Assembly (NCBI GenBank): GCA_965178125.1
Contig: OZ237741.1
Coordinates: forward strand, 1,240,001-1,304,000
Source of the DNA: Bilabrum cf. latius
Taxonomy: Eukaryota
DNA: 64,000 nucleotides
Direction of reading: 5' to 3'
A program made the position numbers and the translations under genes. The notes under the pieces were generated by a model. That model made no database searches. It worked only from the letters and a program-made list of their open reading frames with translations, and had not been told where the DNA came from. Position 1 is the stretch's first letter; the number at the start of each line of letters is the position of its first letter. Of the stretch, positions 24,077-37,150 are shown piece by piece.

Positions 24077-27000
24077 TTATGGCGATTCCTGCCTGGCCCG
24101 CTTGGCCGCGGGTTCCTGCAGCTCCCCCCTGGTGCCCCCACCGCCTGCCACAGCCAACCCTGCCTCCGAGTCGGGCGGTCTCCCTGCACCTTCCCCTTCA
24201 ACTCCACCCTGCTGCTTCTGTTCGCCACCGTGCTGCTGCTGCTGCTGCTTGCTCTCACTTTGCTGTGCGGCCGCCCCTGCACCACCAACCCCCCTGGCTC
24301 GCTTGGACCCAACGGATGCCGCGGTCGACGCACTCGTCACACTGCGGCCCATGTAGCTCTCCCCACTCACCATGCGAGACATGCCGTCCCTCACGCTTGC
24401 TGCAAACCCAGTGGCCCCGCGCACGCTCGTCGGAGTCACTGAGTCGGAGAGCGCCTGGCCGGAGACGAAGCCCCGCCTCCCGGCTCTCCCAGCCCGACTG
24501 CCGCCTGCAGCCGCTGCCGAGGCAGACGTAGACGATGGCCCTCCCTCTCCCTCTCCCTCTCCTGCCAGACTCCCGCCTGTCGTGCTGGCGGCAGGCATTC
24601 CCGACACGGGCGTTTCACCGAAGGAGCTGCCCCCATCGATCTGCGAGCCCATGCCGGGTGTAAACACAAAGGCGCCGCCGGGCCCGCGCCCGCCCGCCAG
24701 CCCGTCATTCGAGTATGTTCGGGCTGCTGTTGGCACTATCGGGTTCCCATAGCTGTCAGTTTTGGTCTCTGTCTTGAGCTGGGGAATGCCCAGCGCTCCC
24801 CTCCCCCTCCCCCTCGCCCTTGCCCCGGCTCGAGACCCCGACCCCGCGCTCGAGCTGCCCCCTGCCGAGCTGGCATTGCCCACCTCTGAGCTGCTTGAGG
24901 ATGACGACAGGCCGGTTGCACTCGTCAGGGAGCCTGAGATCTGGGAACCGGGGCCAGGGGCGGGTGGTATCGCCACGGCCTGCCCATGCCCATGCCCTTG
25001 GCCGTGGCCTAATCTGCTACCATTCCCATTCACGTTGCCATTCCCATTGCCATTGCCATTGCCATTGCCATGGCTGCCGCCGAGCACGGCACTGGGCGGC
25101 ATGGCACTCAGCTGAGAGAGACTTACGACAGCTGCGTCGTGCGGGTCTGTAGTCTCTGCCATCGAGGATGACGAGGCGGAAGACGATGAGGAGGGTGCTA
25201 AACCCGTGGGGGGAAACACTCGCCTGGATGACTACACGGCCCCCGGCTGCACGGGGGTCACGCCCCCCGACTGTCCCCCCATCGGAGTCAGGCCCATGTC
25301 ACCCGCATCCTCTGTGTCCGCCCCGCTTGTTGTTCCCTGGCCCGACGTGGCCACGGCGGGCGGTCGCATCGCAGACAGAGCGTCTCCGCTGCCGCTTCGA
25401 AAGAACAGCCCAGGCCCAGACCCAGACCCAGACCCCGGTTCCCCGCCCGCTCGATCGGCATCAGGCGTGATCACGCCACTTTGCGCAGACCCACTGATAC
25501 CATGACCGCCCGCCCCCACGCTCAGGCCCCACTGAGAGGACACATGCCCAGCAGGCGCGCCCGAGGAGGAGGAGCCGAGACCGCCAGAGGGACCAAGCGC
25601 CTCCCCCATCGACGGAGACTGTATCGACGCATTAGACGCGAAGCGACTCAGCCCCGGGCGTGGCCTCAGCCCAGTATCGTCTTCAGGCACCATGCTTAGC
25701 GATGCGCTGCTCATCACGCCGCCAAACCCAGCCGTGGCTGCGGCTCGCATGCCCGCCCCATGGCCCAGCCCCTGATGGCTGCTCCCGCTGGAGCCTTCTG
25801 CGTGGATGCCGCTAGACACGGAGTTCTGCGAATGTTCTTCCGCGCGCAGACCCAGGCTGTCCCCTTCTAGCGCGCCCCTAGATGCCCCCCCGCTCCCTCC
25901 CCCACCCCCACCCAGGCTACCGAACGTGAAGGACCCGTTGCTGAGCACGGGCCCCCTGGCCTGCTGCATGAGAGCCACAGAGGCATCGTACTCGGTTTGA
26001 TTTCCGGCTCCGGATTCGTTGCCCCCCTGCAGGGATGGGTGCGTGGCTCCGGCACTGCTGTCCGTTCCGAAGGCGCCTGCCCCTGCCCCTCCGGATGCGA
26101 CCAGCTCGTCTTGGGATGGCATGGACAGGAGGGCGGGTCCCCCTGTTCCCTGTGATATTGTTCCCTAGGAGCGTGCTTGCGACTTGGATGTCCTACTTGC
26201 CGTCTTGCCTGCCTCGTCACCTGTGTCCTGCTTCCTGCCCCTGCCCCGGCCCCGGCCCCGGCCCCGGCCCCGGCCCCTGCTGCCACTGCCACTGCCAGCC
26301 GCCTCGGGGCCCCCAGAGGCCTTACTTCTCCCCCTGCCTCGGCCCCTGCCTCGGCCTCGGCCTCCGCCGCCTGTGGGTTCGGCCACACCCGCATATTTCT
26401 CCAAGAAATCCGCGACCTGCCTCCTGTGAGAGGTGATCTGCTCATGGGTGGCCCTGTCCTGCCACTCCTAAGCTGACCCGGTGGACAGGCCCTCCACGCC
26501 CTCGGTCAGTCGGATCAGCTCGGTGGCCCCCTCCTTGTCTAGGCCCTTGTTCCGCTGCACCGTGCGGATGGCGCTGTAGTATCGATTCCGGATGAAGGCG
26601 GTGGACCGGTTCGTCTGCAGCAGGGTGGCGATCTTTCTCCACGACGTGCCGTGCTGCTTCACCAAAGCGAACATCCTGAGCTCCTCGCGGTAGTGCCATG
26701 TGCTCTTGTCCAGGTCTGGACGTAAAAAATACTGCCAGCGTTCCCTTGCCTGCTTTGGTGTGAAGGAGATTCGGGAGCAAAGTACTGCCCAGTCCTCCTG
26801 CGACATGCTACCAATGTTGTCGCCTTTCGCCGCCAGTGCATCCTTGAGCAACTGGTCATCCTGCGAGATACCGGCGCGGAAGCATGAAAGGTTTATTATA
26901 CTGATAAATTCAGATTGGAAGACAAGGCCGTGCAGCACGCTATGTCGGTCGCTGGCGACGCAACAAGGTGGGACAAGGGCATCAGATCGGAATCTCCGAC

Positions 27001-27252
27001 ATCAGTGCGACATATCAGCGGAAACGTAGCACCAATGGTGTCTTGTACGTTCAATGAACTATACTATCGCTTCGCGTGAGGGGCTCCATTCATCGAATCC
27101 GACGTTCAGCACCGATTCGAGTATATTGCAATCCCTTTCGACCTCATGTGGCCCAAAATATCAGTGAATACGTAGCCCAGACAAGGTATGAATGTGCTGC
27201 TATGGCTCACCTGCTCAGACCAACGCTGCTTCTTGCTATGCTCGTCAGACAT
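24077..27252 (-). CDS. Two-repeat MYB transcription factor with long low-complexity C-terminus; intron 26861-27210
   Basis: MSDEHSKKQRWSEQ|DDQLLK...W..L...FTPKQARERWQYFLRPDLDKSTWHYREE...QHGTSWRKIATLLQTNRSTAFIRNRYYS, followed by GR-repeat tracts. TAG at 26468, 26165 and 25232; TAA stop. Confidence 0.9.
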
Positions 27253-27531
27253 TGGTGGTAGCCTGAATCGGTTTCGTCAATCGACTGCCGAGTTTTGGTA
27301 CTTGCGGCGACAAAACACAGCTTCCCGAAGAATTGTGTAATATTAGTACGGCTATCCTGGTAGATCAATCGTATTTTTGCCTGATTTTCCCTAGGATGAA
27401 GACAAATAGCTCAAATTGCTTCCGGACAACGCGAATGGGTCGGCCCGTGATTGCCAGCTGCAACTGCGAACAAAAATCGGATTCGCGACTATATCAGCTC
27501 GCAACAAACTTGATTTGCGAAATCGAGCAAA

Positions 27532-28337
27532 ATGCAGCCTTAGCAGCAGGGTACAGTTTCTGGCATGTCACTGGTAGATGCAAACAGCCCGATAAGATAT
27601 CTGGGTCAAGTAACTCTCGACGGATCTGACAGCGATAGCCATGTTGGGGATGTGAGAAGGGACTCGGGGCAGGCTGCCACACATGTGCTATTCTAGTGCA
27701 ACCATCGCGCCTGCAGTCATTTTACTGCCACCTTCCATCGCAGTTTGTCATGCTTGTGGTCGACAGCATGCTTGGCCTCCCATCAGGCTTGGAGAGTAAA
27801 GCTTCCCTTGAATCGCGGACCGGGAGCCGAGCAGGCGATGCCGCTCCAGCTTGCAGCGTAGTTGATGTGGCCAATAGCGTGCGGGCGTAGTTGCGAGAAT
27901 TTATCGGGAGTGGGGCCGCACCAACTGAATTCGGGTCTCGATTGCAAAAACTTGGGGTCGACAAATCCGCTGCTCGAGCAGCCGCGGATGCAGTGGCCTC
28001 TCGCCACGCCGATCTTGTGCGCGCCGGGCGAGACGCAGTCTCAGGCATTCGAGGAGAGCGCCTCGTAGACTTTGATTGGAGCGCGAGGATACAGCTTGCA
28101 TCGTCCTAGGTGTCCCAGCTGGACCGGCCATCGGTGCAGCTCTCGCTCACCACAGAGAGCACCGCGGGCGTGGACGGCGCCGGCCGCCCTCGTCACACTG
28201 AGATGTTGGAGCTGTCCCGGACTGACCTCGAGGCAGTGCTGCGACGAATGGATGATGCCGCAAAGGCACTGCGGGGTGTGGACGGGGCAGGTGTGGGCGG
28301 GGCCGTGTCAGCTGCTGGAGGGGGTTCTAGTTCGTGA
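27532..28337 (+). CDS. COMM-domain protein (COMMD8-like); intron 27652-27743
   Basis: C-terminal RLVDFDWSARIQLASS[TAG]VSQLDRPSVQLSL...MLELSRTDLEAVLRRMD is a COMM domain. TAG at 27541 (CAG CCT TAG CAG CAG), 27888 and 28107; TGA stop. Confidence 0.8.
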
Positions 28338-28428
28338 ATGAATCATCCTCACGCAGCTGCGCAAAATGAGATTATTTAATTCGAATTGACGGCTGGTGAT
28401 TCGTTGCGCAGTCGTTTCTTATCGATTT

Positions 28429-31400
28429 TTAAGTGCTCGTGTGGCTGCCCCCCGCTCCCTCTGCCCCTGCACCAGCGCCTGTATCACCAGCCCCAGCTGC
28501 CTCTTGCTAGAAGTATCCCGGGGGGTAGTATGACCCATCTGGGCCATAGTATCCCCCTATTGTGGGGTCGTACACCCAGCCACCCTCATGCCCCTGCCAC
28601 TGTGCCTAGCCGTGGCCCGAGCCCGCGTCGTACCCCCCACCTGCAGTCACCACTCCACCGTACTGCGAGCCGTCTCCCCATCCCGATGCAGACCCATCAT
28701 CATAGCCTGATGCAGATCCACCCCCCCACCCCGATGCAGACCCATCACCGCCTTGCCACTAAGACAAACCGGTGCCACCATACCCGAACCCCTCGTACCC
28801 ATATCCATATCCACCGCCATCGCCAGCCGTTGCCCCCTGTCCGTACCCACCCGCGCCCACATCATGGTAGTACTGCTGCCCCTGCCAATCCTCTCCTGCA
28901 TACCCTTGCACACCTCCCGCGCTAGCATGCCCACCAGCCCCTCCTTGTTCACTCTTGCCAGCTCCCTTGCCGCCCGCGCCCCAGGCCTTGTGGGGCAGCA
29001 GCGCGAAGGGGGTCCAGACGCAGCCCTCTGGTGGGGAACAATCCGGCTCACCCCCACCCCCACCCCCACCCCCACCCCCATCGCCCTCACCCTCGATGCT
29101 GTCCCCTTGATGGGCGAGATCCAACCCTGCACCCCAGCCCTCCATGCCCGCAAGCGCGGCGGGAGACTGCGCAGCCGAGTCCCACAGCACCAGCACCCGA
29201 GCGGCTGCAGAGTGCAGGTCTACCCAGCGGCTGCCCCCACGAGCAAACAGCAGCTTGAATTTCCTCCTGAGGGGCACCCACCGCTGCACCCGCGCGGCCC
29301 TGAGCCCCACTCCCCCCTTGTTCCCCCGCAGCTGCAGCTGCAGCCGCACCGTGCTGCCCACCAGCGAGCGCTCCAGCGCCCAGTCAGTGGGGGCTGCCGC
29401 CAGCACCTGTCTGCTGGGCGACCACCACGACGCCACTCGTAGCCCGGAGGGGTCCATCTCCGCAGGGGCCCAGTCGTCCTCGGACCCGCACTCGGACGCG
29501 GAGTCCCTGCCTTCCGCCTGCAGCTTCTTCGCCTCGCGCTGCTAGCGCGCCCTTCGCTGGGCCTGCTTGGCCCGCTCGTCCGCCTCCTCTCGCATCTTCT
29601 GCGCCAGGAGCATCACGGCGGCTTCTCTCCAGTCAGGGGTGCGGTACCCCTTCCAAAGCCTCTGGATCTAACGGGCGCTCCTGATCTCTAGCTCGATCTG
29701 CGCCCGTCTGCGCTGGGCCAGCAGCCGGCCCAGGTACCCCCTCCAGCAGCACTGCGCCCTCACCGCGGCGAGATTCTGGCGGGCCCGAAGGAGTGGATAG
29801 CCCACCAGACGCATCCACTGCGCCCGCCTGCGCCCCAGGTGCCCCCTCCAAACACGCTGCAACGTACATGCGAGCGCCAGCACCACCCGCCCGAAGGCGA
29901 TGGCACCGGCACGCAGCTGATGAGCCTCCCTGCGCGCCACCACCGCCCGCCACTGCCTCTGCAGCACCAGCGCCGCTTCCTCTCGGTCCTTTTTCCTCCT
30001 CTCCCGCTCCCACCGCAGGGCCGCCACCTTGCGCCTCGCCAGCCTCACCCTCAGAGCGCACTGCAGGGGCAGCACCGCAACCCCCGCGGCCTCCTGCAGC
30101 CTGGCCCGCCTCAGCAGCACGACAGCCTCCCTAACCTCTGGATGCTCCAGCCGAGCCCTCCGCCCCCGCAGCCAGGCTTTCAGTGGATCTAGCCTCGCCC
30201 CCGCCGCCTCCTCCACCGCCCGCCTCGCCGCCCGCCTGGCATCATGCCTCCTCCTCAACCACCCCCGCGCAGTGACCTGGATGAAGAGGCAGGCCCGCTG
30301 CATCCTCCGCCGCTCCACCTCGTCAGCCACGTAGTGTCGCCAGTCCCGGTCCCTCGCCGCCCGTGCCGCAGCCCTCGAGAGCTGCCTGAGGGCTCGCTTC
30401 CTGCGGAGGAGCGTGGACATGCTGCGGGCGATGTAGCAGCGGCCCGCGCACTGGATGGCCAGTGCCGCCGCATCCCGGAGGTACAGGGCAGACCGCGCCA
30501 GCCTGAGCCTGGGCATCTGCCTAGTGGGCTCGATCCCGTGCCATGCCTCGCTCAGCTTGGTCTCGCCCCTCGGCAACCCCCTCACGACCGCGGACAGGCC
30601 CTTGGCGCTGATCAGAGAGTCCCCGTCGCACCTCAGCTGCTGCAACATGGGGCATTCCCTGGCCAAAAAGAAGATGCCTTTCTCTGTCACTGAGTAGCAC
30701 GACGCCACGTCGACGGCCTGCAGCTCCTTGCACCCCCGAGAGAGGTACCAGAGCGACCTGTCCGTGATCAGGGGCAGCCGGGCCGCTGTCACGCTCCTCA
30801 GCCGCCTGCACATGGTTCCCATAGCTCTGAATGCTTCGTCCGACAGCCTGTCGCAGGAATCGACGTCCACGACCTGCAGCTGGCGGCACCCCTTGGTGAG
30901 GGCGAGGATCCCTTCGTCGGTGATCGCGCCGCAATGCGATACATCTAGGAATCGCAGCTGCTTGCAACCCTCTGCCAGGTGTCCCAGAGCTCTGTCTCGG
31001 ACGTAAGGTGTCCTCGATGCGCGGATGGAGAGCAAAGCCTTGCAGCCAGCGCCCATGGACGGACCCACGGACCCGGAGACCCACCCGAATAGGTCGTCCC
31101 CCAGGCCGGGACACCTGCTCACATCCAGGGCGGTGAGGGTGCGGCTGGCAGCCTTGGTCACGCTCGCGAGACAATCCTCCACCACCTCGGGGCAATCGCT
31201 GAGATCAACCGAGGTGAGCCCAAAGTACCTCGCCGGCAGCACGCGGCACGTGACCCACCCCGCCTGGCTGCGGCTGAGGTCCAGCACTTGCACAGACCGA
31301 GCCACGCTCAGAGAGAGTGCCCTGAGAGCCACGTCCGAGGGCCTCTTCCACCCACACAGCCGCACCTCCCTCACGCTCGCCCCCGATTCCTCCAGGGAGC

Positions 31401-31956
31401 GGCCCATCTCCCACAGCACCTTCTCGTCCAGGGGGGACGAGGCGGCTTCACGGCTCAGGTCTAGCACGCCGTCTGCGAAACTCTTTGATAGTGCCGCGTC
31501 TGCTTGTCGGCGCAGCTTTCCGGCCGCGAACGGATTCCTTGGCTCGAATCCCATGGCCACGTCCAGATCGGTCACCAGCGGCGAGCGGAAGGTCGGGTCC
31601 ATCGTGGCGTACAGGGACGGTGCGGGGGTGTCGTCCCCGCTTCTCCAGCCTTTGCCACGAGTAGTCTCACGAATGATTTGCTTGAAATCTGCGCTCGTGG
31701 CTCCTCCCTCTGGCAATCGCCCACTCCGCTGCAGCTCGACCAACGACAGCGGGCCTCGGCCTGCGTGGGTGCCGTCCTCCCGAGTTCGATCTGCAGCATG
31801 GTCTACATCGTTGAAGTATACTCTCTGGCTCTGTCCAGTCGCCGCTGTTGATGTCGGTGGCTGCGAGGGCTCGTATTCTTGTGATTGAACGGATTCATCG
31901 TGCGTTTGATCGTCGGTCGCGCGATAGTCGCCTCCGTGGTCCTTCGTCTCCTCCAT
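28429..31956 (-). CDS. Protein with FBXL-type cysteine-containing LRRs, multiple IQ motifs and a Gly/Tyr-rich tail
   Basis: LRRs such as CKQLRFLDVSHCGAITDEGI; IQ motifs such as AIQCAGRCYIAR, LQRVWRGHLGRRRA and AR[TAG]IQRLWKGYR. TAG at 29668, 29542, 28759, 28606 and 28507; TAA stop 28429-28431. Confidence 0.85.
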
Positions 31957-32123
31957 ATTTCAATTGGTGTGTACTGTTTACTAGCTCATGGCGGATGCCC
32001 GAGGTGTGGGCGCCTTATCTGCAACAGCAACCAGAAATCAACTGGCAACTTGAAGCTTGCAACCGCCGGCGGCGGCAGCTGCGAAAATCCGAGAATAGCG
32101 CACTCTGCCTCAATCTTGGTGCC

Positions 32124-35100
32124 ATGGAATCTACATTTCGCTAGCAGGTGCGAGCTTTGCTAGTTGGGCGGGTCGTCCCTGGTCGTCATGCAGCGCCCTT
32201 GCTGGCCCAAGCAGGGGTAAAAAAGGAGAATCTCAGAGCTGCATGGCAGCTCATTGATACTGCAAAAGCTGGGCAGCTGTCGCCAAGGGACTCGATCCTC
32301 CTCCTTAAGTTGATATCACTATCACAAATGGGCTTTGAGCCAACCCAGGGATTGGTTCATGGCCTCGCGGATCGCCAGGTGCCGCCACCTCGCTTTCCTG
32401 CGGGGAGCTCATTGGCTGTCGATGCTGCTTCGACGCTAGTACCGTCACCACCAGTGCTACCAAGCCTACCTTCCACTGTGCATGGGGTCGCTTCGGCTGG
32501 TAGTACCGCCGTCGGTCCTCGTGCCCAAGCGATCCAATCGAGCTCGCCAGCAGCCGATACAGCGGAAGACGACTTTGGCGACTTTGAAACTGCCGACGAG
32601 GCGACGCAACCGTCTAGCGCTGTGGTTGATTCGCAGGGTGGCGAAGCTAGTGCGTCTGGCGACGGTGACCCTGATGATTTCCAGGCATTCGAGTCGTCCA
32701 GCCCGTCCTTGGGCTAGACGAAGTCAGTGCCAGACGGAATGGTGACATCCTAGCAAGACACGCGACTTGGGGCAGCACAGAACGCCTCCACCGCACCCTC
32801 TCCAACTGCCGCTCTCAACCCCTTTGACATCTACGGCTCAGATGACGACGATAACGAGCAGCAGCAAGAGCGCGGCGAGCGGGGGCCCGAGCCCTCTCAG
32901 GCTGCGACTATGGCGTCCATGCTGCGAGCCGGGGGCACGCAGGATCCGTTCGCAACCATGCTGAACGACAACCCTGTCGGGGGTTCGACACCCATAGTAG
33001 GTGACCAGAGCGCTGCAGGCAGTGGACTCGGAGCAGTGCCGGTGGGCGCTGCAGGCAGTGGACTCGGAGCAGTGCCGGTGGGCGCTGCAGGCAGTGGACT
33101 CGGAGCAGTGCCGGTGGGCGCTGCAGGCAGTGGACTCGGAGCAGTGCCGGTGGGCGCTGCAGGCAGTGGACTCGGAGCAGTGCCGGTGGGCGCTGCAGGC
33201 AGTGGACTCGGAGCAGTGCCGGTGGGCGCTGCAGGCCCCAGTCTGCCAGTGGCAAGCTCTGCGCTGCCACCCACGGCGACATCACTCCAGGGGGTTATGG
33301 GGCTGTCTAGCACTAGCGTGACGAGTGAACTACAGGGGCTTGGTGCAAGAGCTGGCTCACTGAATCCAGGATTGCCCGACAGCTTGGGTGCCTCTGGCTC
33401 GCCGCAGTCGTCGACGCCTACCTAGAGATCGCCAAAGACAAAGGTCAGTACAGATGCCGTAAATGCCGGTGATACAGGCGAAAGAGGGGTGCTAAGCTCA
33501 GGTGGGGGCGACGAGGATGAGGACGAGGACTGGGGCGACTTTGATGCTGCAGACGACGGGGTGGCGGCAGCATCAGCACCTGCACCTGCACCTGCACCTG
33601 CACCTGCACCTGCGCCTGCACCTGCACCTGCACCTGCGCCTGCACCTGCACCTGCACCTGCACTACCATTGGCGCCATCCATGGACGCATTTGCAGACCT
33701 GCTCGGTCCAGAGGCAAATGCACCTGCCCCGCTGCCCACGCTCGCCCCGTTGGCACCCTTGGCTCCAGATCCAGCCGATCAATCGCCCATTGATCATCCG
33801 ACCGACGATGTTCAATCGGAACAAGAAAAACCAGGCATTTCGGGGGCCAATGGTGATCCATCGGGCGGCGGTGCGGCCTAGAACAGCGACGCTGGCTCGA
33901 GCGACGACGGCGAGGACTGGGCTGATTTCGAGGATGCAGAGGGCGGGGAGGCAGCGGAGCCGACCGATGCAGGCGACATGGACGGTGAATTAAAGCCAAA
34001 AATCGGCGGTAATTCGCACGCGATGCCAAGCGCTGCCGAGCAGCAGGCCGCGCGGGGGAGAGATCAAGCAGATGATATCAAACAGGCGGAGGAGGCCAAG
34101 CAGGAGGAACATGACAGGCGGGTAGCGATCTTGGCCCTTCCCCTGATAGAGCCAGGCAAGCTGCTGCCTCCGTCGGCCAGAAACGGCGGTGGAAGTGGCG
34201 GGTCTCGCGCTCAGCAGGAGAGTCTGCAATTTGCAGAGCTGGAACGCATCGTGAGAGGGGCACGGCCAGAGGACGAGATGTCCGTGGTATCAGCCCTGAG
34301 CGCCATCGGCGGGGGGAGGGAGCGAGCGGGCCATGACTGCGAGTGGCTGGAACAGTTGCTGGATGGGATCGATGCCAGTGGTGTGCTAGCCGACGCGAGC
34401 GATCGAGACAACCCCTAGGAGCGACTGAGCTCACAGCAGATGGAGAAGGTCCTCGGGGAGGCCCGCAGGTTAGACGAGGTGCTGACCAGACACCTGCTGC
34501 TGCTGGACATGGTCCCCAGGCAAGAGGCCACGAGGCAGCTGAGGAGGGAAGAGACGCGGAGGGTGGAAGCGCTGTGCCAGCAGGTGTCGGAGATGGAGCG
34601 CAGGGCAAAGGACCTGCTTGAAGAGGTCGCTGCCTTTGAGACAGGGCCGGTCGAGGAGGCAGAGTCGAGCGGTCCTGCAGCCGGCGGAGCTGCAGGCGGC
34701 CTCGGTGCTCCTGCCCCTCTCCAGCACAAGTCCGTGTCCGCTGTGCTACGACAACAGGCGGCCCAGCTGCCAGGGCTGCCCTCGCCTTTCAGCTCGGTGG
34801 ACTCGGACGGAACTCCCGTCGGTGGCGCAGATTCGCCTAGCAGCATGGGCTTGGGCGGGGCAGAGGACGCAGCCCAGACTGCAGGAATCGAACAGCCTCC
34901 TGGGAACGACGGCAGCAGCAGCGGCGGCCCCATCAGCGATGAGGACGATGCCGATTTCGCAGATTTTGAGGTGTCTGGACAGGCGGAGCAAACGACCACT
35001 GACCGTGCAGATGCTGGAGCGGTTGGTGGGACCCTCGATCCAGATGCAAACGTGGCCCAGACAGGAGAGGAAGACGAAGACTTTGCCGATTTCGAGGAAG

Positions 35101-37091
35101 CGGGAGGCGAGCCCCCTACAGGAGCAGCGGGCGAAGAGGAGCGTACTGAGCAAGACAGTGCCGCGGGTGTGTAGAATGGAGGAAGCGGTCCGCGCATTGG
35201 GCCTGCTTCTGATCGCTAGGAAGCTGTGCCCAGTCCGAATGAAGCTCCAAAGGAGGAGGCTCCGTGGGTCCAGGCTGTGAGAGCAGCTATCGGAGAGAAG
35301 TGCGACAGGCTGCAAGAAGCCATGGTGGCACTGGCTCGACTGGAAAGCGAGCACAAAGTTCCAGTGCCAGAGCTAGACATCGAGCAGCTCCAAGTTGTGA
35401 GCCCTTGCGTGCAAAGCGGTGGCGCAGGCACCGCGCTTACTGCTGCTCTGAGGCTGGGAGCCGAGGAGCCTTCGGAGGAGTACAGACTGGCTCGTGAGGT
35501 AGCTTTGGGGCAGGTGCCGGCGGAAGCTGTCCGGGACAGGGTGAGGCAGATTGCGCGCCGATCGATGGCTCGATTCCAGGGGGGCGTCGAAGGCGAAGAT
35601 GGCGGCGAGGAGGAGGTCACCTCGCTCGAGGACGCGGTGGAGACCCTGGATGCTGTGCTGAGCTCCAGTCTTGATGCTTCCCTTGCAGATGCTGATGCAG
35701 CGGGCTGTGCTGCAGCGCTCAAGACTGGATGCTGGTTCATCCAACAGGCGGAATTCGCCGCAGAGACCGCTGTGCTCCTGGACGCTCGATCCGAGGAGGT
35801 TGCCAGGCAGAGACTCGCGTCCATCGGCCTGGAGCCATCTGCAGCATTGGCCAGCGAGTCAACACAGAGCCCATCCGATCCTGAAGGAGCTGGTTCTGAT
35901 GCAGCTAGGGATGCCGCAGCACCGCCGAAAAGCCAGCCCGACATGATGGATGCCTTTGCCGGGCTCTTGCAGGACGGTGGTGATGATACTGAAACGGCGG
36001 GTGCCTCGGAGAGCAAGACAGGGGATGGAGCGGGGACTCACGAGGGCAAGGAGGGCAGCATCGTGCATGAGGTGCCAGGAGGGGCAGGAGCTGATGCAGA
36101 GCACGGCACAAATACTGGCGGGGATCACGGCCTGCTGGGCAGCCTTGCCGTGTGGATTACGTGGCTGGAGCGCACAGGTGCGGCATCCAAAGCAATCTTG
36201 CAGCTGCTCGGCAGGGTGCACAGCGGTGAACCAGCGGCAATTGCGCTTCTAACTCTGGCATCATCGAGCGAGCAAGTGTCCCACGCAATAGCAGCCGTGT
36301 GCTGCCGGGGCTGCCTAGCCGCTAGGATGCTCCAGGCCTTGTTGGGCAGCGGCGTGGCGACAACTTCCAGCAGTCCCGGAGCATCGGGCGGGCTGGCCAT
36401 CGAGCCGCATGCGAGATGCCCAAAGGACGTATCCGACAGGGTGGATAGGTTCCTCGGTTAGGCGCAAGAGGCACTTGCGATACCTGCCGTTGCGGCCGGG
36501 GTGGCGGTACCGGTTGTAGAGCGGGTGCACTAGCAACTCGTTACAGGCCACGACAACGCTGATGGGGACTAGACCAGCCACCATGTCAGCCTGGCGTCGC
36601 TCCTTGCAGGGGCTGGATCCAACCCTGAAGCCGGCATGGTGGGGTCGAGACGATTGGCGTCGATCGTGCTTCCGTGGTTGAGACAGGTTGTACAGGACTT
36701 GCAGGGGCTCGCACGACCAGGAGCAAGCGATGTGGGGCCAGCGATGAATACTGGTGTAAGGGGCGGCCTGCACAGGTGTGCCCTCACGCTGTAGCCTGCT
36801 GAGGTGTCACGTCGTGGCGCGGCCCACCACGATCGGACCGCGGGATTGGTAGCAGACGCTGTGGATGCCATGCAGCCTGCCGACTTGCTGTCATCACTGG
36901 ACCAGGGAGCCGCGTTTTCGTTGCAAGCAGCGGTAGCGTTGGGGGTATATCCTGCAGCGCTATCGTCTGCAAACGCAACCACTCGGGAGGCGCTGCATCA
37001 GCCAGCCCTGTGGGGGCAGCTGCTGTGCGAGAGGCAGGCTATCACGAAGTACGCGCTGCAGGAGGCGGTCATCCTCCAGCACCGTGTTTGA
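32124..37091 (+). CDS. EH-domain protein with repeated (D/E)(F/W)(G/A)DF gamma-adaptin-ear motifs (synergin-gamma-like), ~1655 aa, single exon
   Basis: N-terminal EH-like segment (LRAAWQLIDTAKAGQLS), motifs DDFGDFE, DWGDFD, DWADFE and DFADFE x2, and an NPF. One frame with 12 TAGs (32142, 32715, 32751, 33423, 33879, 34416, 35172, 35217, 36459, 36531, 36570, 36792); TGA stop. Confidence 0.8.
33010..33236 (+). repeat. Coding 36-bp perfect tandem repeat x6 (AAGSGLGAVPVG)
   Basis: GCGCTGCAGGCAGTGGACTCGGAGCAGTGCCGGTGG repeated six times plus a partial copy. Confidence 0.95.
33576..33662 (+). repeat. (GCACCT)n hexamer microsatellite encoding (Ala-Pro)n
   Basis: About 14 copies of GCACCT/GCGCCT. 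Confidence 0.95.
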
Positions 37092-37150
37092 TAGTATAAG
37101 TGCATTCCGCAAAGTAAATAATCACTATGTTGCGCGGTCCAAAACATTTG

